32,000 bases of DNA from Ignicoccus pacificus DSM 13166 (GTDB lineage: Archaea > Thermoproteota > Thermoprotei_A > Sulfolobales > Ignicoccaceae). Location of the stretch: positions 540,001-572,000 of the forward strand of contig CP006868.1 of assembly GCA_025340205.1 (NCBI GenBank). The letters run 5' to 3'. Below are positions 1 to 7,923 of the stretch, in pieces (position 1 is the stretch's first letter; each line of letters starts with the position of its first letter). The notes under the pieces were generated by a model, which had not been told where the DNA came from, made no database searches, and saw nothing but the letters and a program-made list of their open reading frames with translations. A program made the translations under genes and the position numbers.

Positions 1-22
1 AAGTGAGGTAGGGGGCCGCCCG

Positions 23-661
23 GTGAACGTCGCAGAGGCTAGAGCGAGAGAGTTCCTCGAAAGGTATGGCGAGAAGGGGGAGCTCGTCCTCCGGGCGGCC
101 CTCGAGACCGCTGAGGAATATAGGAAGACCGGAAAGGACGTCCTTGGGGATTTCGATTACAAGGGTGTTGTGAGGAAGCTCAAGCTCTACGGTCTCGAAT
201 ACAATCCCTCCCCTCTCCTTTCCAAGCTTGAGAAGGAGTACTCCCTAATTGAGACAACCTACAAGAGCTCGGGTCAGCACTGGTGGAGGTTCGTAGATGA
301 GGAGTCCATAAGGCTGGCCCTCGAGGGAGATGACGAGGAGGAGCTGGAGGACCCAGAGGTAGCCGTACTGAAGGTCCAAATAGCAGCACTAGAGCTCGAT
401 GAAGTAAAGGAAAGACTGCTAAAGATTTTGAACAAGAAGAAGATGAGCGTAGCTGACAAGAAGTGGTTCAAGAACTTCGCCTTCGAGACTTTACCTCTAA
501 TAGCCCAAGTTGCTCAAAAGGTCCTCGAAGAGGGATATGAGGACGATCCAGAGCTCCTGGAGCCGGTGAGAGTTCTTCAGCTGGCGATGAAAGTTGCGAA
601 GGTTGCGAAGGTAAAGGCAGTGAGAAAGTTAGAGCTACCGGCTTTGAAGGTCGAAGAGTGA
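23..661 (+). CDS. conserved hypothetical protein (acidic, helical)
   Basis: 212-aa ORF with a GTG start at 23. E/K/L-rich composition with an acidic stretch (DDEEELEDPE). The antisense ORFs 180-389 and 274-471 are S/P/R-rich shadows. No catalytic motif recognised. Confidence 0.55.
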   Translation: MNVAEARAREFLERYGEKGELVLRAALETAEEYRKTGKDVLGDFDYKGVVRKLKLYGLEYNPSPLLSKLEKEYSLIETTYKSSGQHWWRFVDEESIRLALEGDDEEELEDPEVAVLKVQIAALELDEVKERLLKILNKKKMSVADKKWFKNFAFETLPLIAQVAQKVLEEGYEDDPELLEPVRVLQLAMKVAKVAKVKAVRKLELPALKVEE

Positions 662-663
662 AG

Positions 664-873
664 CTAAGGGGATGAGAGGGTTCCTTGAGTAGCTTGCTGG
701 GCGAGTAAGAGCCTCTGCTGCTCGACGGTCCACCATATGTTCATAAACCAAGCCATAACAGCTATTGTCATGAGGAATGTAATGAAGAGGAACAAGTTGA
801 GGGGCGTTAGGTACTCGGCGATCAAGTCGGTGATCAAACCCTTCCGAAGCTTTCTCATCAGTTTCCCCACCAC
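664..873 (-). CDS. small putative membrane protein
   Basis: 69-aa ORF with a basic N-terminus and one clear hydrophobic span (LNLFLFITFLMTIAVMAWFMNIWW). It competes with the overlapping ORF 635-919, which looks random. Confidence 0.3.
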   Translation of the reverse strand: MVGKLMRKLRKGLITDLIAEYLTPLNLFLFITFLMTIAVMAWFMNIWWTVEQQRLLLAQQATQGTLSSP

Positions 874-930
874 GCTCTAGCGCTGAATTACTTATTTTTT
901 CAACAGCTCCCTTAAGCACCGGTAGAGGCT

Positions 931-1542
931 ATGGCTCTTCTGACTTTCAAAAACGTTGCTAAGAGGTACCTCTACGACTACGTAATTAAAGACTTCAACT
1001 TGGAGGTGGGGTATAGCGAAGTGGTGAGGCTCGAGGGACCTAACGGCTCCGGAAAGACTACCCTGCTGAAGCTCGCTGCTGGAATAGAAAGGCCGAGCGA
1101 GGGAGAGGTTCTGATCGAGGAACTCCCTCCGTGGCATCTAGAGAGCAAGAGGAAGATGGGAGTTGTAATGCACAATAACATGACTTATGCAGAGCTTACG
1201 GTAAGGGAGAACTTAGAATTCTTCGCTTCCCTTTATGGTGTTAATCTAGACGAAGCGATGAGGTTGAGCAAAGAAGTAGGTCTCGATAAAAGGATGGAAC
1301 AAAGGGCAGGGGAGCTGAGCTTCGGGTGGAGGAAGAGGTTAGAGCTGGTCAGAGCCCTAATGCACAATCCCAAGCTGATACTCCTCGACGAGCCCTTCGT
1401 AGGCCTCGATACTCCGGGTAAGGAAGCATTGCTCAAGCTACTAAGGGAAGCCTTGAGGAAGGGATCCACTGTGGTTTACACGGCTCCGGTTGGATCCGAG
1501 GGGAGGGTAAGCGAGGAAGAAAAAGTAGTTAGGTTAGTATAG
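931..1542 (+). CDS. ABC transporter ATP-binding protein
   Basis: Walker A GPNGSGKTT, a degenerate ABC signature LSFGWRKRL, and Walker B LILLDEP followed by the D-loop GLD. Confidence 0.9.
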   Translation: MALLTFKNVAKRYLYDYVIKDFNLEVGYSEVVRLEGPNGSGKTTLLKLAAGIERPSEGEVLIEELPPWHLESKRKMGVVMHNNMTYAELTVRENLEFFASLYGVNLDEAMRLSKEVGLDKRMEQRAGELSFGWRKRLELVRALMHNPKLILLDEPFVGLDTPGKEALLKLLREALRKGSTVVYTAPVGSEGRVSEEEKVVRLV

Positions 1543-1543
1543 C

Positions 1544-1732
1544 TCACTCTCCTGAATTATCAGCCATGGCTTCGGCTATGGTATCAAAGAGCTCCCTCAA
1601 AAGAGTCCTAATCAATTGCTTACAACGCTCGTCCTTAGGATTCTCACAACCCACTTTGTCCCAGTCGATAGTCACCTCTATCCCAACCCTCACGCCTTCC
1701 CACTCGTCTTGGAGACGGTGGACCTCTCTCAC
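1544..1732 (-). CDS. small hypothetical protein
   Basis: 62-aa ORF with an ATG start and charged, protein-like composition. A TATA-like element sits about 39 nt upstream (1766-1776). Confidence 0.4.
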   Translation of the reverse strand: MREVHRLQDEWEGVRVGIEVTIDWDKVGCENPKDERCKQLIRTLLRELFDTIAEAMADNSGE

Positions 1733-1765
1733 TTCTCTCCGCCACTACTTGCTCTGCATTTGAGA

Positions 1766-1776
1766 ATTTTTATATT
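1766..1776 (-). promoter_or_regulatory. TATA-box-like element upstream of ORF 1544-1732
   Basis: The minus strand reads aatataaaaat, centred about 39 nt upstream of the ATG at 1732. This spacing fits an archaeal TATA about 26 nt before the transcription start, plus a short leader. Confidence 0.3.
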
Positions 1777-1816
1777 CAGTCTCTCTATCCATATAGGAGA
1801 ATGGAGAGAAAGATAT

Positions 1817-2950
1817 TTAATGTTGTTGACCCTCCTTTTTCAATTCCCTTACCGCCTCAGCTATCGCCTCAAGACCGTAACTGAGCTCATTTAGTGGTGC
1901 GGAGTAGCTTATCCTCAAGGAATCCCATCCGTATTTCTCGGAGAACACCTTACCCGGTATCGTTATCACGCCCTTCTCGGCGAGCTTTAGGGCCAACTTC
2001 TCCGAGTCTATTCCGAAGGAGGGGAAGGCATAGAAGGCTCCACCTCCTATTCCTAAGAATTCGGCTACGTCTGAGAGCATTTCCTTCACGATGTGTCTCC
2101 TCTTGGCATATTCCTCTACCATCTCCCTCACGTGGTTCTCTACTACGTCGTCCATTTGCAAGACCTCGGCCAAGGCTATCTGCTCCCACTTGCAGGGACA
2201 GCCGTAGACGTTAGATGCGGCTGCGGAGAGCTTCTTGACGACTTCCTCCTTAGCTACTATGGCGCCAAGCCTCCACCCGGGAACACAGAGCACCTTGCTG
2301 AAGCTGTATACGAAGGCACCGACCTCCCTCCACTTCTCGAAGTTTAAGAGACTTACGTGCTTCCCCTCGTACACGAAGACGTCGTAGGGCTCGTCGCTTA
2401 CTATAGAGCTTCCCCTCTCCAGAGCCCTCTCCGCCAGATCGAACATGAGGTCTCCTATTAGAGAGCCCGTAGGGTTGGAGGGGCTGTTGATCACCATTAT
2501 TCCCCTTTCAGGGACCTCCTCCGGTAAATTCTCGGGGAAATCGTAGCCTTCCCTTCCCCTCTTCATGGGGACTTTCTTGACCTCAACCCCTATTGACTTC
2601 AGCACGGGTTCGTAACTATAGTAGGTAGGGTCTAGGAGTACTCCTTCTCCTTTTCCAAAATATAGCAGAGCCAAGTAAAGTGCGGCCTTTCCAGAGGGGG
2701 TGATAAGGACCTCCTCCGGAGCTATTTCAACGTCATACCTCTTGGAGAGCCATTCCGCTACGGCCTTCCGGGTTTCCGGGAGGCCCGCGGAAGGGGTATA
2801 GGTGGGTTTTACTTTGGTGGCCTCGATGAGTGCTTGAACCAGCTCCTTTGGAGGGTTCTTGTCAGGTTCTCCGAGCCCCAAGTTGGCTTCGATGCTGGGA
2901 GCGAGCTTCTTCGCCTTCGCCACGAAGCCTAGAGTTGAGGAAGACGCCAA
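1817..2950 (-). CDS. class I/II PLP-dependent aminotransferase (aspartate/aromatic type)
   Basis: NSPSNPTG motif and the PLP-lysine motif YSFSKVLCVPGWRLG. 377 aa. TTG start at 2950, with an alternative GTG nine codons downstream. Confidence 0.9.
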   Translation of the reverse strand: MASSSTLGFVAKAKKLAPSIEANLGLGEPDKNPPKELVQALIEATKVKPTYTPSAGLPETRKAVAEWLSKRYDVEIAPEEVLITPSGKAALYLALLYFGKGEGVLLDPTYYSYEPVLKSIGVEVKKVPMKRGREGYDFPENLPEEVPERGIMVINSPSNPTGSLIGDLMFDLAERALERGSSIVSDEPYDVFVYEGKHVSLLNFEKWREVGAFVYSFSKVLCVPGWRLGAIVAKEEVVKKLSAAASNVYGCPCKWEQIALAEVLQMDDVVENHVREMVEEYAKRRHIVKEMLSDVAEFLGIGGGAFYAFPSFGIDSEKLALKLAEKGVITIPGKVFSEKYGWDSLRISYSAPLNELSYGLEAIAEAVRELKKEGQQH

Positions 2951-3054
2951 CTCGTCTATCAGTCCGAAGCACCTATCCTTTCAGCGGCTCGGAGGGGGTA
3001 AACGGGTTACGGAATCCAAAAACCTCCGCTTCTACGTGATAAGGGGACGAAGGC

Positions 3055-3843
3055 TTGAAGGTGAAGGTTGGTCACAGTCCCGATCCGGACGACGCCTTCA
3101 TGTTCTATCCTATTAAAAAGAAGTTGATTGACTTGAGAGGCTACGAAGTGGAGGAAGTGGTGGAGGACATCGAAACCCTCAACAAGCTTGCCTTAAGCGG
3201 AGAGCTGGACGTGAGCGCCGTTTCAGCCCACGCCTACGCCTACTTGGCGGATAACTACGACGTCTTAGCTTCTGGGGCAAGCATGGGAAAGGGTTACGGA
3301 CCGGTAGTGGTCAGCAAGGAGCCCTTGAAGATAGAGGAGGTAGAGGGGAAGAGGATAGCGGTGCCAGGTGAGCTGACAACAGCTACCCTGCTCACTAAGA
3401 TATACTTGCCCCCTGGGGAGTACGTGGTAATAAGGTTCGACAAGATACCAGAAGCTGTTCTTAAGGGAGAGGTCGACGTGGGCGTGCTCATCCACGAAGG
3501 TCAGATTACCTATAAGGAAATGGGTCTTCACAAGGTGGCAGACCTAGGAGAGCTTTGGTACGAGGAGACCGGCCTCCCTACCCCCCTCGGCTTAGACGTG
3601 ACAAGGAAGGAGATAGCCGACGATTGGGCCAAGATATGGAGGGAAGCGGTAGAGTATTCCCTAAGCCATCCCAAGGAGGCGTTGGAGTATGCTATGCCCT
3701 TCGCCAGAGGACTTAGCGAGGAGCTTGTAGACAAGTTCGTCCATATGTACGTCAACGAGTATACCGTAGACATGGGGGGAGGAGGGGGAAGAGGCGCTCA
3801 AGACTCTCTACAAGAAGGCTTACCAGAAGGGATTGATACCTAA
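3055..3843 (+). CDS. MqnA/MqnD-family (futalosine-pathway) protein, MqnD-like; C-terminus apparently frameshifted
   Basis: The N-terminus GHSPDPDDAFMFY...DIETLN...GELDVSAVS resembles 1,4-dihydroxy-6-naphthoate synthase and periplasmic-binding-fold MqnA/D proteins as I remember them. After the G6 run at 3774-3779 the annotated frame gives an odd GGGGGRGAQDS tail. The +1 frame is open from 3770 to 3871 and reads GEEGEEALKTLYKKAYQKGLIPKIPNFRVAR. Confidence 0.8.
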   Translation: MKVKVGHSPDPDDAFMFYPIKKKLIDLRGYEVEEVVEDIETLNKLALSGELDVSAVSAHAYAYLADNYDVLASGASMGKGYGPVVVSKEPLKIEEVEGKRIAVPGELTTATLLTKIYLPPGEYVVIRFDKIPEAVLKGEVDVGVLIHEGQITYKEMGLHKVADLGELWYEETGLPTPLGLDVTRKEIADDWAKIWREAVEYSLSHPKEALEYAMPFARGLSEELVDKFVHMYVNEYTVDMGGGGGRGAQDSLQEGLPEGIDT

Positions 3844-3871
3844 GATCCCCAACTTCAGGGTAGCTAGGTAG

Positions 3872-4837
3872 CTAGCAGCTCCTCAAAGTTATTTTCTCAG
3901 CCTCATCTATTGTAGGTACTTTAGCTCCCACCTCCTCTGCCAGCTCACAAGCTCTACAGATTCTCCTTCCTGGAGACGTCGGGAAGCCGCACCTCTCGCA
4001 AGTTCCTCTCTCCTCGCTCTCTCTCCTTAACTCCTTCATCTTCATTGACCACTTATAGAGTTTTGAGGGGTTTTCCTCAACCAAGTCGAAAAGCTTTACT
4101 CTAACTCTAGATCTTAGAGAGGGGTTCAGATCCAGGTAAGGACACTCCTTCTTCTGGAGCGGAAACTTCCTTATGTAAGCATAAACAGCTACCTCCTTCT
4201 CGAAGACTCTCCTCAGCGGTTTCAACCTTCCATGAGCAAGCTTGGCTATTCCGTCCCAGTCCCCTCTGAGGAGATTGAGGAAGGAGGTGTGGACCTCGTC
4301 ATCCAAGGTGTGACCGGTAGCGACGTTCCTTATTCCGAGCTTGAGGGCCACCATCTCGACAGCCCTCCTTCTAAACACCCCGCAGTAAGTACAAGGCCTC
4401 TGTTTTCCCACCTTGACCATCTCAGATAACTTTTTACCATATAGATCCTTAAAGGTAACGTAGTTGTACTCAATTCCAAGCTTCTTGGCTAGAAGACAGG
4501 CGTTCCTCCTTTCCTCCTCCCTCTCATACCCCTCCGCCCCTTCTACCACAGTGAGGGCGACCAGCTCAGAAGGATCGTAGATGTTGCTCATAACATCCAT
4601 TAACACCAGAGAATCTTTTCCGCCCGAAACGGAGAGGAGAATGGGTCCCTTGATTCCCTTTATCTCCTCCGAGGCCCTCTTCCATATGCTCTTGAGGAAG
4701 TGCTTCTCACAGAGAGGTCTTCCCGTGGGAAGCTCCTTGCTTATAGAAGGCCTCCCACAAAGGTCACATTTAAGAGTCCTGATGCATGCTCTCGAAGTCC
4801 CTTCCCTGCTTCCCGTACTCCCCGTCCATGACGTCAT
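3872..4837 (-). CDS. PP-loop ATPase, tRNA 2-thiolation protein (TtuA/NcsA/Ctu1 family)
   Basis: PP-loop SGGKDS, a GHTLDDE motif, an N-terminal CDLCG...CEKH pair and a C-terminal CERCG...CRAC zinc-finger pair. The start is uncertain: about 24 residues precede the first Cys pair. Confidence 0.85.
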   Translation of the reverse strand: MTSWTGSTGSREGTSRACIRTLKCDLCGRPSISKELPTGRPLCEKHFLKSIWKRASEEIKGIKGPILLSVSGGKDSLVLMDVMSNIYDPSELVALTVVEGAEGYEREEERRNACLLAKKLGIEYNYVTFKDLYGKKLSEMVKVGKQRPCTYCGVFRRRAVEMVALKLGIRNVATGHTLDDEVHTSFLNLLRGDWDGIAKLAHGRLKPLRRVFEKEVAVYAYIRKFPLQKKECPYLDLNPSLRSRVRVKLFDLVEENPSKLYKWSMKMKELRRESEERGTCERCGFPTSPGRRICRACELAEEVGAKVPTIDEAEKITLRSC

Positions 4838-5002
4838 ACATGCTCACGCTCCGGGTGCCCTCCAGAGAGGGCCTGGAGCCGCTCTTGCTAAAATCCCTAG
4901 ACTTGTTAGGCCTCTGAAACATTGATTTTAAATAGAGTAAGATTTTACTTATCAAATTTAGCACCGAATATTGTTAACGGTGTTAAGGATAAAAAGTGGA
5001 TA

Positions 5003-5311
5003 TCAACTGTACTCGTTGTGGTACAACTTGAAGTGATCCTTATCTTCCTTCTTACCAAACACCTCCTCCATTACCTTATGGGTTGAGTTTTCTCCGGAGA
5101 AAGCCCTTAAGCTCTTCTTCTTTTCCATGTTGTTAAAGTAGCTCGTCTCGTCGAACTCATCTTCACAAGACTTCTTGAAGGGATTACGGAACAATCCCAC
5201 TCCTCTCGCCGTTAGGCTACGTACGGAAGAGGAAAATAAATTTGGTTCAAAAGTATACGTTGCCTTATTTGAACTCGGCCAGACACGTTTCAATGTTCTC
5301 GAAGAGGTCAT
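5003..5311 (-). CDS. hypothetical protein (AT-rich block), possibly the 3' part of a split gene
   Basis: 102-aa ORF overlapping the end of ORF 5265-5678 by 47 nt in another frame. The C-terminal half is charged and protein-like; the N-terminal half is S/R-rich. Confidence 0.3.
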   Translation of the reverse strand: MTSSRTLKRVWPSSNKATYTFEPNLFSSSVRSLTARGVGLFRNPFKKSCEDEFDETSYFNNMEKKKSLRAFSGENSTHKVMEEVFGKKEDKDHFKLYHNEYS

Positions 5312-5678
5312 GATAGTCTTTAAGGCTCATCTCATCAGAACTTAAGCACAACACCATGTTAGAGTTCTTTAGCTTATCCTCTCTACAGAACACCTTCTTA
5401 CCGTTTACCTCATAGAATCTGTTACAGATAGGATCTTTCTCAAAGTCTATACCACACTCACTCAAGTGGAGTTCGTAGTTCAATATCTTAGACAAGGCAT
5501 CAATATCTTCGTTCATCACAGCTTTCGCCAACTTCTTTCCTATTTCATTCTTGGGAGCGGCAAAAACCAATATCGCGTTGTCCTTCTGACCTATCGCTGC
5601 TACTTCTTCGTATACATCCCCTAAAATGAATACTCTACCTACACATGATGCACTTTCACAATGGGTTACCATTTCCAC
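5265..5678 (-). CDS. hypothetical protein (AT-rich block)
   Basis: 137-aa ORF with an ATG start and balanced, globular-looking composition. No motif recognised. Confidence 0.5.
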   Translation of the reverse strand: MEMVTHCESASCVGRVFILGDVYEEVAAIGQKDNAILVFAAPKNEIGKKLAKAVMNEDIDALSKILNYELHLSECGIDFEKDPICNRFYEVNGKKVFCREDKLKNSNMVLCLSSDEMSLKDYHDLFENIETCLAEFK

Positions 5679-5723
5679 TCACTCCAGCAAGCCGCTAGCC
5701 TAGGGTTAAAGAGTCAACCCTTT

Positions 5724-5984
5724 TCATTCCCTCTCGGCTATTACCTCATCAATTGAATGGATAACTACTCCCCTCTCCTCCAAGGCTTCCTTAAGAGTCT
5801 CAAAGTCTATGTCAGAGCCTTCAACTATTATGGTCATAGTTATTGTCTCCACATCCATTTCTTCCACCCTTATGGTAACCTTGCTTATTCCTTCGAGGTC
5901 AGCTATCTCTTTTGCAATGTCTATTATGGTTAGACCCTTGATGGGTTTTATTGTATCGAGGAGGACCCTCTTCACTTTACCCAT
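5724..5984 (-). CDS. DUF211-like small protein
   Basis: The sequence KRVLLDTIKP...IIDIAKEIADLEGISKVTIRVEEMDVETITMTIIVEG.DIDFETLKEALEERGVVIHSIDEV matches my memory of the archaeal DUF211 family. I prefer the internal ATG at 5984, because the ORF's maximal start at 6044 would overlap the upstream gene. Confidence 0.65.
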   Translation of the reverse strand: MGKVKRVLLDTIKPIKGLTIIDIAKEIADLEGISKVTIRVEEMDVETITMTIIVEGSDIDFETLKEALEERGVVIHSIDEVIAERE

Positions 5985-6030
5985 GTCGCATCCGGATAAT
6001 GAAAGGACTCGCGGTTCTAAAGTGACTCCT

Positions 6031-6558
6031 TCAGTAGTATTCACTGCAATTCTCCTTAATCCATTGGACGACCCCCTCAGAGCTGAAGGTCTTGAACCCT
6101 CTTGATGACAGAACCTTGTTTATCAGCTCTATCGCTTTTGGTGCCAGTTTCATTGCCTCATCCCTCATCGAACAAGGCCAGCACACCTTCTCAGCTCTAA
6201 GAGCTACCAAGAAAGCCTCTCCATCGAATATCCCTGACTTCTTGGCAAGGGCCGCCAGCTGGACCGGGCCCACCTTGTGGGCGTCCGTCACCAGCTCGCT
6301 CACCTCTTCCACCGTAGCCTTTGATGGATCTATCTTGAGGAGCTCTATCTCATTCTTAACCGTTTCCGGGTTTGCAGCATCGATGAAAATCACCAGATCG
6401 TAGCCTTCCAACCATCCCAGAAGACCCAATCCCATGTAGTCTCCATCCTTCACGTCTACGTTTTCTATTTTCTGTTTAGAGAGGAACTCGGCCAGACAGC
6501 TACCAAAGCCGTCGTCGCCGTACATCCTATTTCCCAATCCGAGAACTAGGGCCTTCAA
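6031..6558 (-). CDS. hydrogenase maturation endopeptidase (HycI/HyaD family)
   Basis: The N-terminal LVLGLGNRMYGDDGFG is the family signature GxGNxxxxDDGxG. 175 aa, TTG start. Confidence 0.85.
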   Translation of the reverse strand: MKALVLGLGNRMYGDDGFGSCLAEFLSKQKIENVDVKDGDYMGLGLLGWLEGYDLVIFIDAANPETVKNEIELLKIDPSKATVEEVSELVTDAHKVGPVQLAALAKKSGIFDGEAFLVALRAEKVCWPCSMRDEAMKLAPKAIELINKVLSSRGFKTFSSEGVVQWIKENCSEYY

Positions 6559-6627
6559 GGAACCCTATCCCAAGGGGAATGGAGATAGGGATTAATGAGG
6601 TGAGCAGAGGGCTAGAGGGGGCAGAAA

Positions 6628-7113
6628 TTGGATAACATGGTCAAGGCCGTGGCAGTTGGCTCCTTCCTATTATCAATAGCGATAGGCTTAATTGACTACA
6701 AGGCCTTTGAAGGAACCGTTTCTCCCTTGACTTCAGCTGCCGCCATCGCTTCCGTCGCCGCCTTCGTGGCCCTAGTCCTCTTGGGAGAGGACTCCCCGTC
6801 TTGGCACTTGAAGCTCGTGGAGGGATTGATATGGAGCGCTCTGGCCTTGGACATACTCCACGTAATTGCCCTAGCTTTGGGCGTACCCGTTCACAAGTAC
6901 GCTACCAATATCTTGTACTTCTTCTTTGGTTACGCTGAAACAAAGGAAATCAAGCTATTTGGTCTAAAGCCGTTCGAAATAGGTCCAAAGCCCTTCACCG
7001 CTAAGAGCTTAGCCATAGATCCAGCATCTATAATGTTCGTCGCCTATTACTTAACTTGGGGTAGGAGGAAGCTCAACGAAGTCATCAAAAAGAAGAAGAG
7101 CAAGAAGAAATAA
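6628..7113 (+). CDS. integral membrane protein, Lys-rich C-terminal tail
   Basis: 161 aa with at least four hydrophobic spans (for example AVAVGSFLLSIAIGLI and AAAIASVAAFVALVLL). It ends KKKKSKKK. Confidence 0.65.
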   Translation: MDNMVKAVAVGSFLLSIAIGLIDYKAFEGTVSPLTSAAAIASVAAFVALVLLGEDSPSWHLKLVEGLIWSALALDILHVIALALGVPVHKYATNILYFFFGYAETKEIKLFGLKPFEIGPKPFTAKSLAIDPASIMFVAYYLTWGRRKLNEVIKKKKSKKK

Positions 7114-7544
7114 GGTCTTTTCGTCCTTTTCCTTCAATGGTGTTCTGTGCAGTCTTTACTATGAGATGTTGAGAACTATCATCTCCTTTGAACCTTAACT
7201 CTTTATTCCCCTTATTTTGGATTTCCTACTTTACCTCTCTATCCGCTTACTCATAATTTGTCCTTGAGGTTTCTTCCAACATTTGTCTTGGTTAAGCTTA
7301 AGGTACTTATAGCTTCGTACAAGGATTTTTATGGAAGTATGAGCATCATTACTTTGTTCGTCTCTACAGTCTTATTCAATAACGTAATACATACTAGAAA
7401 AGTTCAAGAGTCTCTCTAAAGCTTGGTTTTGAAGAAAAATGAAAAGAATGAAAATAAAGATTTACGTCTATGGGAAAGGTGACTATAAATTCGTGAGACA
7501 TAGAGTGGGAGAAAAAGAAAAAAGTGATGGAATCCATCAATTCA

Positions 7545-7790
7545 TCATTCTTCATCGCTCTCATCTTCTTTGATCGTCTTTACTACGATCCCGATTAGAG
7601 ACTCTATCATAGCGGCAACGATGGAAGCTACTTTATCTTCTATGAGATCGTCAGTAGGAGCTCCCTTGAGTTCTGGATAGTCTTCGAGTAGTTCCTTTAT
7701 TGATTCTTCTGCTCTTCTATGACATCATTAGTAATATCTATCCTTAGTGAAACGTTTTCGGACCTAATTTCTATGCGTTTGGGAATACAC
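7545..7790 (-). pseudogene. possible decayed gene remnant inside the ORF-free AT-rich region
   Basis: By hand translation of the minus strand, one frame reads IGRCIPKRIEIRSENVSLRIDITNDVIEEQKNQ then stops. A second frame continues RRAEESIKELLEDYPELKGAPTDDLIEDKVASIVAAMIESLIGIVVKTIKEDESDEE and stops at 7545-7547. Both look like protein sequence, but neither has a start codon and they are out of frame with each other. Confidence 0.25.
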
Positions 7791-7923
7791 CTCCCTATCT
7801 TTTACCACCAGGAGTATATTACTCTCCGGATCCTATATATTCTATAATTTGAAATTGTAGAGAATGTAAACCAAAATTTTACCTTTCTCGATGCACAAGA
7901 TATTAACAACATCTCGAAAAATA

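Noticed and set aside
180-471. Antisense ORFs 180-389 and 274-471 (minus strand) inside the first gene.
   Set aside because: Their S/P/R-rich, low-complexity translations are typical shadow frames of a GC-rich coding strand. They are fully embedded in the longer plus-strand ORF.
635-919. 94-aa minus-strand ORF overlapping the small membrane ORF 664-873.
   Set aside because: The translation looks random, with no hydrophobic core pattern and many Pro, Arg and His residues. The alternative frame gives a clean TM helix. Neither ORF is strongly supported.
1894-2347. Plus-strand ORFs 1894-2214 and 2093-2347, and minus-strand ORF 1950-2189, inside the aminotransferase gene.
   Set aside because: They are Arg/Ser/Pro-rich shadow frames. 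The 377-aa minus-strand frame carries the NPxNPTG and SxSK motifs.
7516-7530. C-box-like gtgatgg, as a possible C/D-box sRNA.
   Set aside because: The C box is imperfect, and no CTGA D box or terminal stem lies at a suitable distance downstream.
7439-7576. 45-codon plus-strand ORF (MKRMKIKIYVYGKGDYKFVRHRVGEKEKSDG...) in the ORF-free AT-rich region.
   Set aside because: It is short, sits in a purine-rich low-complexity stretch and has no supporting signals. It may be chance.
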